Positions 56,264 through 64,000 of a stretch of DNA of 64,000 nucleotides are shown piece by piece. The position numbers and the translations under genes are program-made. Positions within the stretch are counted from its first letter, which is position 1, and each line of letters begins with the position of its first letter. The DNA lies in NCBI GenBank assembly GCA_963793825.1, contig CAWCBE010000009.1, positions 11,356 through 75,355 on the forward strand, read 5' to 3'. This stretch comes from an uncultured Actinomycetes bacterium (GTDB lineage Bacteria > Actinomycetota > Actinomycetes > Streptosporangiales > Streptosporangiaceae). The notes under the pieces were generated by a model, which did not search any database, had not been told where the DNA came from, and saw only the letters and a list, made by a program, of their open reading frames with translations.

Positions 56264-56464
56264 TTGACCAGAGCAAGGCCGGATCCCAAAAAGTGGCGCA
56301 GTAGCAGTTCATGCGAGGGTGGTGCTTGCGTTCAGGTCGCGCACTGGGGCGGGAGCGTGGCTGTCCGCAGCTCCCAGGAGAGTCCTATACTCGTGTTCCG
56401 ATCCTCTTCCTGGAAAGAGTTTATCGACGCGGCGAAGAGGGGCCTCTTCGACATCGACCGCTGA
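56264..56464 (+). CDS. DUF397 domain protein (second copy)
   Basis: TTG 56264 (GGGAGGG upstream). KWRSSSSCEGGACVQVAHWGGSVAVRSSQESP..LVFRSSSWKEFIDAAKRGLFD. Confidence 0.75.
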   Translation: MTRARPDPKKWRSSSSCEGGACVQVAHWGGSVAVRSSQESPILVFRSSSWKEFIDAAKRGLFDIDR

Positions 56465-56715
56465 CCGGTTCTGGCCCCCGGATTTCCTGGCGAACTCGCG
56501 GGAAATGACGAAGAGCACGTGCGTCACCCCGGAGGCGTGCACCATTGCCTGGTGGGGCCGGCATGGCGATCGCAGCGGCCTGTTGGTACCGGCCTGACGA
56601 TCGCAGCGGCCGGTGCCGGGAACGTCACTGCCGCCCCCGGTTTGACCTTGCCCCAGGGGCAGGCCACAGCATCGGGAGGGCCGGGCACGGTGCCCGGCCG
56701 GGGAAGGGGCGCCAG

Positions 56716-57784
56716 GTGCTGACGATCGGCGAGTTCTCCCGGGCCAGCCGGCTGTCGGCCAAGGCGCTGCGGCTGTACGACGAGCTGGGGCTGCTCCGGC
56801 CCGCCCGGGTGGACCCGCTGTCCGGCTACCGGTTCTACGCGCCGGGCCAGCTGGACCGGGCCCGGCTGGTGGCCTGGCTGCGCCAGGCTCGGCATGCCGC
56901 TGGCCCGGATCCGGCTGGTGTGCGACGCCGCGTCGCCCGCCGGGGCCGCCGCCGAGGTGGCCGCGTTCTGGGCGCAGGCCGAGGCCGACCAGGCCAGCCG
57001 CCGGGACCTGGCCGCCTTCCTCATCCGCTCCCTGGAAGGTGAGGCAGCACCCATGGCACCTGCAGACTCTGGCCTGGCCATCCGCTACGCGGCGGGCTCG
57101 GACATCGGCCGCCGCCGGGCGGCCAATCAGGACAGCGCGTACGCCGGCACCCGGCTGCTGGCCGTGGCCGACGGGATGGGCGGCGCCGGCCACCTGGCCA
57201 GCGCGGCCGCCATCGACGCGCTCAAGCCGCTGGAGGCCGCGCCGCCCGCGGGGGACCTGCTCAACGCGCTGGAGAACGCGGTACAGCAGGCCGGTGCGGC
57301 GGTGGCAGGCATCGCGGCCGGCGAGCTGGCCCGGGCGGGCAGCGGCACCACGCTGACCGCGATGCTGTGGGCGGGCTCCCAGCTGGCCCTGGTGCACATC
57401 GGGGACACCCGCGCCTACCTGCTGCGCGACGGCGGGCTGTACCAGATCACCCATGACCACACCGTCGTCCAGTCGCTGATCGACGAGGGGCGGCTGACGC
57501 CGGACGAGGCCGTCTCGCACCCGCAGCGGGCCCTGCTGCTCCGGGCGCTGGACGGCGCCGGGGCCCCGGCTGACCTGTCACTGCACGACGCCCGGGCCGG
57601 TGACCGCTACCTGCTCTGCTCGGACGGGGTGACCGCCGTCATCCCGGAGGACCACATCCGTGCGGTGCTCACCGGCGCGGCCACGCCGGACCAGGTAGTC
57701 AGCGAGCTGATCGGGGCGGCCAACGCGGCCGGCGGCCCGGACAACATCGCCTGCGCCGCCGCGGACCTTGTCGCGGCCGCCTGA
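56716..57784 (+). pseudogene. MerR-type HTH domain fused to a PP2C (PPM) phosphatase domain, with a +1 frame change at 56886-56887
   Basis: GTG 56716 in ORF 56545..57042: [40 protein letters not shown]...LVAWLRQ. It continues in ORF 56894..57784: [11 protein letters not shown]... then the PP2C region GRRRAANQDSAY...AVADGMGG...GTTLTAML...HIGDTRAYLL...LLCSDGV...GGPDNI. Confidence 0.75.
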
Positions 57785-57847
57785 CCAGGCGCGCACGCCG
57801 GTTAGGCTGGGAGGACAGACGGGCGCAAGAGCGCTGAACCGGGAAGG

Positions 57848-59080
57848 GTGTTGACGCTGGACGGCACGGATGGACCGACTCGAGTCCTGCTGCTGGAGAA
57901 CATTCACCCCGACGCCACCGTCCGCCTGGTCAAGGACGGCTACCAGGTGGAGACGGCCGCGAAGGCGCTGACCGAGGACGAGCTGGCCGCCGCGATCGGC
58001 GACGTGCACGTGCTCGGCATCCGGTCCGGCACCCAGGTGACCGAGCGGGTGCTGGACACGGCGCCCCAGCTGCTCGCCATCGGCGCGTTCTGCATCGGGG
58101 TGAACCAGATCGACCTGGCGGCCGCGTCCCGGCGGGGCATCGCGGTGTTCAACGCGCCGTTCTCCAACACGCGCAGCGTGGTCGAGCTGGCCCTGGCCGA
58201 GATCATCGCCATGACCCGGCGGCTCACCGACAAGAACGCCCAGATGCACGCGGGTGCCTGGGACAAGTCGGCGACGGGCAGCCACGAGGTGCGCGGCCGC
58301 CGGCTGGGCATCGTCGGGTACGGCAACATCGGCGGGCAGCTGTCGGTGCTGGCCGAGAGCCTGGGCATGACGGTGTTCTTCTACGACACCGCGGACAAGC
58401 TGGCCCTGGGCAACGCCCGGCGCTGCGGCACGCTGGAAGAGCTGCTGGAGATCGCCGACGTGGTCACCCTGCACGTGGACGGCCGCCCGGGCAACAGCGG
58501 CCTGTTCGGCGAGGTCGAGTTCGCGGCCATGAAGCCAGGCAGCCTGTTCCTCAACCTGTCCCGGGGGTTCGTGGTGGATCACGGGGCACTGCGCCGCCAC
58601 ATCGAGTCCGGGCACCTGGCCGGGGCGGCCGTGGACGTGTTCCCCGAGGAGCCCCGGGCCCGCGGCGAGGAGTTCACCTCCGAGCTGCGCGGCCTGCCCA
58701 ACGTCATCCTCACCCCGCACGTCGGCGGCTCCACCGAGGAGGCCCAGCAGGACATCGGCGAGTTCGTGGCCGGGAAGCTGCACGACTACGTCAGCTGCGG
58801 GACGACCGCGCTGAGCGTCAACCTGCCGCCGGTGGCGCTGCCGCACACCGCGGGCACGCACCGGCTGGTGCACCTGCACCACAACGTCCCCGGCGTGCTG
58901 GCCAAGATCAACCAGCTGCTCGCCGAGCACGGCGCCAACATCGAGGGCCAGCTGCTGGGCACCCGCGACGACCTGGGGTACGTGCTGACCGACATCGGCA
59001 TCGAGTACCCCGACGACATGCTGGCCAGCCTCCGCGACCTGGACGTGACGATCCGGGTGCGGACCACCCGCCCCAGCTAG
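57848..59080 (+). CDS. serA: D-3-phosphoglycerate dehydrogenase (E. coli-type, about 410 aa with a C-terminal ACT domain)
   Basis: 410-aa track ORF. NAPFSNTRSVVEL, GIVGYGNIGGQL, LHVDG, LTPHVGGST. The C-terminus HRLVHLHHNVPGVLAKINQLL is ACT-like. Confidence 0.9.
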   Translation: MLTLDGTDGPTRVLLLENIHPDATVRLVKDGYQVETAAKALTEDELAAAIGDVHVLGIRSGTQVTERVLDTAPQLLAIGAFCIGVNQIDLAAASRRGIAVFNAPFSNTRSVVELALAEIIAMTRRLTDKNAQMHAGAWDKSATGSHEVRGRRLGIVGYGNIGGQLSVLAESLGMTVFFYDTADKLALGNARRCGTLEELLEIADVVTLHVDGRPGNSGLFGEVEFAAMKPGSLFLNLSRGFVVDHGALRRHIESGHLAGAAVDVFPEEPRARGEEFTSELRGLPNVILTPHVGGSTEEAQQDIGEFVAGKLHDYVSCGTTALSVNLPPVALPHTAGTHRLVHLHHNVPGVLAKINQLLAEHGANIEGQLLGTRDDLGYVLTDIGIEYPDDMLASLRDLDVTIRVRTTRPS

Positions 59081-59123
59081 GCCAGCCGGCCGCCGCGCCG
59101 TGCCGCGCGCCAGCGGCGGGGCT

Positions 59124-61424
59124 TCAGCCGAGCGTGGCCGGGGCCGGCTCGTCGTGGTCGGCGTCCACCCGGCCGAGATGCCGCTCCAGCCGCCACAGCA
59201 TCTCCAGGTGCTCGTTCACCCACAGCACGAGCAGGGCGTCATACTCCTCGGCGGGCTGGCCGCTGCCGATCGCCTCGCGGGTGCACTGGAGCAGGTGGCT
59301 GCGCACCGCCGGGTCGCGGCGCTGCGGCGGCGGCACCGCGGTGCCATGCGCGACCGAATCCCCCAGCGTCACGAACCAGGCCCGGATCGACTGGACCTCC
59401 TCCTCGAGCTGGCCCGCACAGGGCTTGAGCCCGTCCGGCAGCACCAGGGCCGGCCCGGCGCTGCCGTCCGGCCGGCTGGCCGCCCGGCTGGCCGCCAGGT
59501 CCTGGAGTGCGGCGAGCGACCGGCCGGCCCGGAGCACCCGGGCGGCCCCGGCCACCAGCCGCCCGGCCCGTTCCGGGTCCACCCGCTTGGCTGACCGTTC
59601 CGCCACGTACTGGCCGAACGTGTCATCCAGCCGGTGCACCGCCGCCGCGGCGGCCAGCCCGGCCTGGTCCGGGTCGGCGCCGCCGCCCACCCCGGTCAGC
59701 CGCTCGACCATGGCGGCCACGTAGTCCGCGGCCCGCGAGTAGGACTCGGCCAGGTTCTCCCGGACCAGCGCCGCGGCGCCCCGGGGCCAGAACACCAGCC
59801 CCACGCCCAGGCTGATCGCGAAGCCCACCGCGACGTCCTCGATCCGGACGATGCCCACCTTCCAGCCGGCCGGCTGGATGATGTTGAACAGGATGAGGAC
59901 CACCACGGTGAAAGCGGCCTGCCCGGCCGCGAACGAGATGACCCGGGGCGCGTACGCGGCGATCAGCACGGCGACCGGGAGCACTATCCACAGCACCGTG
60001 GTGTCGCCGTGCACCGGAATCAGGATCGCGGCGCCGACCACGATGCCCACCGCCGTCCCGGCCAGCGCGGTGAGCACCGTCCAGCCCGTGCCCAGCGCGT
60101 TGGAGCGGAGCACGGACAGGGTGCCCAGGACGACCCAGAAGGAGTGCTGCAGGCCGGACGTCTGCGCGATGAACACCGCGATAGCCAGGCCGGCCGCGCC
60201 GCGGATGCTGTTGCGGAACCAGACCGACCGCACCCCGGAGTGGGTCACGCCGAAGTCCTCGGCCGCGCGGAGCTCCGAGCGGAGCCAGCCCAGCGGCGCG
60301 GCCAGCGCGCCCTGGCTGACAGCGGCGCGCATCCCCGCGGGCCGCCAGGCGGCGGGCGCGCTGGCCGCCTCCGCGTAGCCGGCGACCTGCCGCGCCGTGT
60401 ACGACATGGAGTGGATCCGGAACGAGCGGCCGATCATCGTCTGCAGCGCCGCGTCGTCCGGCGGGCTGGGGGACGCGGAGATCCGGTCGGCGAGCGCCCG
60501 CGCCGCGGCGTCCTGGGTGAGTTCCAGCTCGTCGGCCGGGCCGGGGTGGCCCGGCTCCCCGGACAGCCGGGCGGCGCTGGCCCGCAGCGTGCTGGCGATC
60601 GCGCGCAGCGCGGAGGAGTTCTCCTCCGCGCACAACTCCCCGGCCGACGAGGCCGCCAGTGCGGCCAGCGACTCACACAGCCAGCCCAGCTCGTCGACGA
60701 GGGCCGCGAGCGCGACGGCCGGGCCGGTTGGCCCGGTGAGCCGGTGCGACGTGCTGGTCAGCCGGTCCCGGAGGCCGTCCACGGTGACCCGAGCCGCCCG
60801 GGCGCGGGACGCCACCGAGAGGGGATCGCTGCACAGCGCCTCGGCCAGCACGGCCAGCACCACGCAGGCCCGCGCGGCATCGGCGCGCAGCGTGGCCCGG
60901 TCCCGCGGCGGCCACAGCAGCATGACGGCCAGGGTGCCGACGGCGGCGGCCAGGCCCCAGCCCGCCAGCCGGGCCGGGATGGCCGAGGCCGGCGCGGGGA
61001 CCGCGACCGCCAGCACGAAGGCGAGGATCGCGGCCGTGCCGCCGGCCGCGAAGTAGCCGTTGATGAAGCCGGAGAACAGGATTACGAAGCCCACGACGGC
61101 CATGGCGCCGGCGGCCAGCCAGGCGTTCCCGGAGCACAGCGTGCCCAGCGTGACCAGGATCGCGCCCGCTACGCCCAGGCTCAGGTAGGCGGCCAGGCGG
61201 CTCCGGGGCGGCCCGGAGAAACTGGCCAGCACCAGCAGCGCGAACGAGCCGAACGCGGCGAACAGCGCCGTCTGCGGCTGGTCGATGACCTTGCTGGCGA
61301 ACGCGAACACGCCGGGCATGACGATCGCGGCCCGGGCGGCGGTCTTGAGCGAGGACAGCCCCGGATCGCGGATCAGGGGATGCGGAATCGCCGTCCGCCA
61401 CCTGCCCGCTGCCTTCGCCAGCAA
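59124..61424 (-). CDS. FUSC-family (fusaric-acid-resistance / aromatic acid exporter-like) membrane protein
   Basis: 766-aa track ORF with two hydrophobic blocks (about 6 helices each) separated and followed by soluble helical regions. N-terminus LKTAARAAIVMPGVFAF.... Confidence 0.75.
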   Translation of the reverse strand: MLAKAAGRWRTAIPHPLIRDPGLSSLKTAARAAIVMPGVFAFASKVIDQPQTALFAAFGSFALLVLASFSGPPRSRLAAYLSLGVAGAILVTLGTLCSGNAWLAAGAMAVVGFVILFSGFINGYFAAGGTAAILAFVLAVAVPAPASAIPARLAGWGLAAAVGTLAVMLLWPPRDRATLRADAARACVVLAVLAEALCSDPLSVASRARAARVTVDGLRDRLTSTSHRLTGPTGPAVALAALVDELGWLCESLAALAASSAGELCAEENSSALRAIASTLRASAARLSGEPGHPGPADELELTQDAAARALADRISASPSPPDDAALQTMIGRSFRIHSMSYTARQVAGYAEAASAPAAWRPAGMRAAVSQGALAAPLGWLRSELRAAEDFGVTHSGVRSVWFRNSIRGAAGLAIAVFIAQTSGLQHSFWVVLGTLSVLRSNALGTGWTVLTALAGTAVGIVVGAAILIPVHGDTTVLWIVLPVAVLIAAYAPRVISFAAGQAAFTVVVLILFNIIQPAGWKVGIVRIEDVAVGFAISLGVGLVFWPRGAAALVRENLAESYSRAADYVAAMVERLTGVGGGADPDQAGLAAAAAVHRLDDTFGQYVAERSAKRVDPERAGRLVAGAARVLRAGRSLAALQDLAASRAASRPDGSAGPALVLPDGLKPCAGQLEEEVQSIRAWFVTLGDSVAHGTAVPPPQRRDPAVRSHLLQCTREAIGSGQPAEEYDALLVLWVNEHLEMLWRLERHLGRVDADHDEPAPATLG

Positions 61425-61572
61425 TCCCGTGACGATGCCTCCCGCAGCTCCCGGAACCGGCCGAGATGATGGTATACCGCCAGGGGCGGCCGGCCATTAT
61501 GCTGCGCCTGGTGAGCAGGCGGATACCGGACCTGGGAGTGCGCTGGTGACTGGCCAATGGCTACGCGGCCCG

Positions 61573-62376
61573 ATGCCGGGCCAGGAGAGAGCCGCGCAGA
61601 TCGACGCCCGCCATCCGCACCCGGCGCGGGTCTATGACTTCTGGCTGGGCGGGAAAGACAATTTCGCCGCTGACCGGGACGCGGCCCAGGAAGCCATCGC
61701 GGCCAACCCGGGGATCGTCGCCGACGCGCGCGCGTGCCGGGCGTTCCTGGGCCGGTCGGTGCGCTACCTGGCCGCGGAGTGCGGCGTCAGCCAGTTCCTG
61801 GACGTCGGCAGCGGGCTGCCGGCCAGCCGTAACACGCACCAGGTGGCGCAGGCGGCCGAGCCCGGGGCCCGGGTGGTGTACGTGGACAACGACCCGGTCG
61901 TGCTGAGCCACTCCCGGGCCATGCTGGTCAGCGGGCCGGACGGCCGCTGCGACTTCCTCGACGCGGACCTGCGTGAGCCAGACGCCATCGTGGCCGGGGC
62001 AGCCCGGACCCTGGACTTCAGCCGGCCGGTCGGCCTGCTGCTGCTGCTGGTCCTGCACTTCATCCCGGACCCGGACAGCCCGGAGGAGATCGTCACCGCC
62101 CTGCTGCGGGCGCTCCCGTCCGGCAGTTACCTGGTGCTCAGCCACCCGGCCAGCGACGTCCGGCCCGCCGAGGTCGGCGAGATGACCCAGCGGATGAACC
62201 AGCGGATGGCCCGGGCCCACGCGACGCTGCGGGACCGGGCGCAGATCACCGGGTTCTTCGCCGGGCTGGACCTGGCCGAGCCAGGCGTGGTGCAGCCCCC
62301 GCAGTGGCGGCCCGGCCCGGGCGACCGGGGGCCGGACGGCGTGACGGCCTGGTGCGGGGTCGCGCGCAAGCCCTGA
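61573..62376 (+). CDS. SAM-dependent methyltransferase, DUF574/Methyltransf_19-like
   Basis: ATG 61573 in ORF 61285..62376. ARVYDFWLGGKDNFAADR...QFLDVGSGLP...VVYVDNDPVV. Confidence 0.8.
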   Translation: MPGQERAAQIDARHPHPARVYDFWLGGKDNFAADRDAAQEAIAANPGIVADARACRAFLGRSVRYLAAECGVSQFLDVGSGLPASRNTHQVAQAAEPGARVVYVDNDPVVLSHSRAMLVSGPDGRCDFLDADLREPDAIVAGAARTLDFSRPVGLLLLLVLHFIPDPDSPEEIVTALLRALPSGSYLVLSHPASDVRPAEVGEMTQRMNQRMARAHATLRDRAQITGFFAGLDLAEPGVVQPPQWRPGPGDRGPDGVTAWCGVARKP

Positions 62377-62383
62377 CCGGGCG

Positions 62384-62962
62384 TCAGCCGGCCCGCCGCC
62401 GGGCGCGCAGGCTGCGGTTCTTCATCAAGTTGCCGCAGCTGGACATCTCGCACCAGGACCCCTGACGGCTGTGCGACCGGTCGTAGAAGGCCCACAGGCA
62501 GTCCGGGTTGCCGCAGGCCCGCAGGCGCGGCCAGGTGCCGTCCTGCTCGGCGTCGCGGATCGTCAGCAGCAGCCCGAGCAGCCCGGCGGTGAGGGTGCCG
62601 GCTGGTCCCGGCGCCAGTGACACGGCACCACCGGTCCCCACGTCCAGCCGCAGTTCCCCCCGCCCGGCCAGATCTCGCAGCGGGCTGAGGTCATCCTGGT
62701 CCCCGGGCTCATCGCCGGCGTGGCGGATGAGCAGCGCGCGGATGCTCTCCCGGACCTCCCGGGCCCGCTGCAGGTCCGGCTCAGTGACCTCGGCGTCCGG
62801 GCCGACCAGCCCGGCCTCGCGCAGCCAGGGCCGCGCCGTGCCGCCCCCGGCGAGCAGGTCCGTCCCGGCGTCCAGGTCCCGGGTGTTGACGAAGGCCTGC
62901 ACCCGGAGCAGCGGCATCGGGGCCTGCTTGAGCCCGGGCGGCACCCACGACGGCATGGTCAT
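62384..62962 (-). CDS. CGNR zinc-finger (ABATE-domain) protein
   Basis: 192-aa track ORF. The C-terminus CGNPDCLWAFYDRSHSRQGSWCEMSSCGNLMKNR contains the CGNR-type motif (here CGNL). Confidence 0.8.
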   Translation of the reverse strand: MTMPSWVPPGLKQAPMPLLRVQAFVNTRDLDAGTDLLAGGGTARPWLREAGLVGPDAEVTEPDLQRAREVRESIRALLIRHAGDEPGDQDDLSPLRDLAGRGELRLDVGTGGAVSLAPGPAGTLTAGLLGLLLTIRDAEQDGTWPRLRACGNPDCLWAFYDRSHSRQGSWCEMSSCGNLMKNRSLRARRRAG

Positions 62963-62997
62963 CCGCCCAGCATAACTCAGACGTGACTATCAAAAGC

Positions 62998-63042
62998 CCT
63001 TGACTAGTCATGCGTGACCTGTAAAACTCATTAACAGGTCAC
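62998..63042. promoter_or_regulatory. AT-richer divergent promoter region with a 10-bp palindrome (tgactagtca) and an inverted repeat gtgacctgt-N11-acaggtcac
   Basis: Direct reading: 63001-63010 and 63014-63042. Three GTGAC/TTGAC half-sites lie within 60 bp. Confidence 0.4.
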
Positions 63043-63094
63043 AACGAGCAAATCGTCCGCGGCGGCGTCAGGCCGCGGGACGGGAGGTAACGCC

Positions 63095-63580
63095 ATGCTC
63101 GTGCTGTTGCTGGATGAGCACACCGGGGGCCTGGTCGCCCGGTCGGCCAAGCCATGGGAGCGGTGGCAGGCCCGGCTGGGGGCGTACCGCCTCGATGAGC
63201 ACCTGGCCCGGGGCGCTTCACCGGAGACCAGCGCGGCGCTGGCGCTGCGCGCCCGGCGGCTGGCCCGGCCGGAGTTCCGCCGCGACCTGGCGCGCAGCGC
63301 CGAGCGGATCCTGGCCGAGGCGCAGCGGCCCGGGCCTGTCCACCCGGCCGTCCCGGTGTGCCGGGAGCGGGTGAGGGCGGCCGCGGAGGAACTGGCCCGC
63401 GTGATCGACGCGCTGACCGGGCCGGGACTGGTGCCGGTGCGGGGCGTGGCACAGGTCAGCGTGCTGCTGGCCGACGCCCGCGGGCCGCTCTACTACCGGT
63501 ACGGCCCCGGTGACCTGCGGACCCGGCTGCGGGAAGCGGCGGGCGCGCTGGGCCGGCCGGCCCAGTGGCCGTCCCGGTGA
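63095..63580 (+). CDS. Hypothetical protein
   Basis: 161-aa track ORF with plausible composition. It is divergent from the CGNR gene. I recognise no motif. Confidence 0.4.
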   Translation: MLVLLLDEHTGGLVARSAKPWERWQARLGAYRLDEHLARGASPETSAALALRARRLARPEFRRDLARSAERILAEAQRPGPVHPAVPVCRERVRAAAEELARVIDALTGPGLVPVRGVAQVSVLLADARGPLYYRYGPGDLRTRLREAAGALGRPAQWPSR

Positions 63581-63607
63581 CCAGCCCCGGAAGGCTCCGG
63601 GGCGAGG

Positions 63608-64000
63608 CTAGGTCCGCAGGTAGGACGCGCCGTTGAGGTCCAGGATCGTGCCACTGGCCCACTCGGCCTCCGGTGACGCCAGGTACAGCACGGCCGCGGC
63701 GATTTCCTCCGGGCCGGGAACCCGGTTGAACGGGCTCTGGGCGCGGATCTCGCCGCCGCGCGGGCCGGCCAGGCTGCTGGCGGCCATGTCGGTCGCCACG
63801 TAGCCGGGCGCGATGGAGGTGACCGCGATCCCGTACGGGCCGAGCGCGCGGGCCAGGGACTGGCCGAACGCGTTCAGCCCGGCCTTGCTGGCACCGTAAG
63901 CCGGCTGGCCCGGCTCGCCGCGGAACGCGCCCCGCGACGACACGTTGATGATCCGGCCGCCGCCGCGGGGGATCATGTGCTGGACCGCGCACCAGGTCAC
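63608..64000 (-). CDS. Short-chain dehydrogenase/reductase (SDR), C-terminal part only; the 5' end lies beyond the window
   Basis: Track [11 protein letters not shown]...[11 protein letters not shown] (catalytic YxxxK) ...[10 protein letters not shown]...[11 protein letters not shown]. Confidence 0.8.
   Translation of the reverse strand: MTWCAVQHMIPRGGGRIINVSSRGAFRGEPGQPAYGASKAGLNAFGQSLARALGPYGIAVTSIAPGYVATDMAASSLAGPRGGEIRAQSPFNRVPGPEEIAAAVLYLASPEAEWASGTILDLNGASYLRT

Noticed and set aside
1-64000. Mobile elements, prophage genes, tRNA/rRNA genes and biosynthetic gene clusters.
   Set aside because: I found no transposase, integrase, recombinase or phage structural motifs. There are no cloverleaf-like or rRNA-like segments and no PKS/NRPS/terpene signatures among the translated ORFs. 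I scanned by eye only, so small RNAs cannot be excluded.

Overview
This is a very GC-rich, actinobacterial-type chromosomal segment with about 55 protein genes. I recognised no rRNA, tRNA, CRISPR array, transposase or integrase.

Gene content from left to right:
- 1-7 kb: an ECF sigma factor fused to its own anti-sigma-like domain, a DUF5134 membrane protein, and housekeeping genes (photolyase, exonuclease III, DapD).
- 7-23.6 kb: a catabolic island. It holds a corrinoid-dependent MttB-family methyltransferase system (MttB homologue, IclR regulator, corrinoid protein, pterin-binding methyltransferase, RACo/RamA-type reactivase, DUF1638 protein, MTHFR). Next to it lies a permease/dimethylglycine-dehydrogenase-like/etfBA operon. 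An NB-ARC/TPR gene sits between the two blocks.
- 25.7-33.5 kb: a second IclR regulator, an aldehyde dehydrogenase, a GH9 glycosidase, a PLP decarboxylase and choline dehydrogenase.
- 34.5-40.7 kb: a GntR-controlled acyl-CoA-type operon.
- 42-50.7 kb: DinB, a GNAT acetyltransferase, a HelD-like helicase, a group II decarboxylase and SecA2.
- 50.8-52.8 kb: a type II restriction-modification pair, made of a C5-cytosine methyltransferase and an NgoMIV/Cfr10I-family endonuclease.
- 53.9-56.5 kb: a compositionally atypical XRE/DUF397/DUF397 islet.
- 56.7-64 kb: MerR-PP2C, SerA, a FUSC-family protein, a DUF574 methyltransferase, a CGNR protein and a partial SDR.

Points worth a second look:
1. At least 10 otherwise well-conserved genes carry single-base frame disruptions, and one carries an in-frame TAG. 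Several indels sit in or next to GCCGGC, the likely target of the encoded R-M system. This raises the question of assembly artefact versus real gene decay.
2. The dehydrogenase gene contains a 327-bp in-frame tandem duplication whose internal differences between copies are all synonymous.
3. GC-rich short tandem-repeat arrays are unusually dense at gene boundaries.
4. Two unrelated CDSs carry in-frame inserts with similar 5' ends.
5. There is a perfect 38-bp palindrome.

All family names come from motif recognition by eye. No database search was run.
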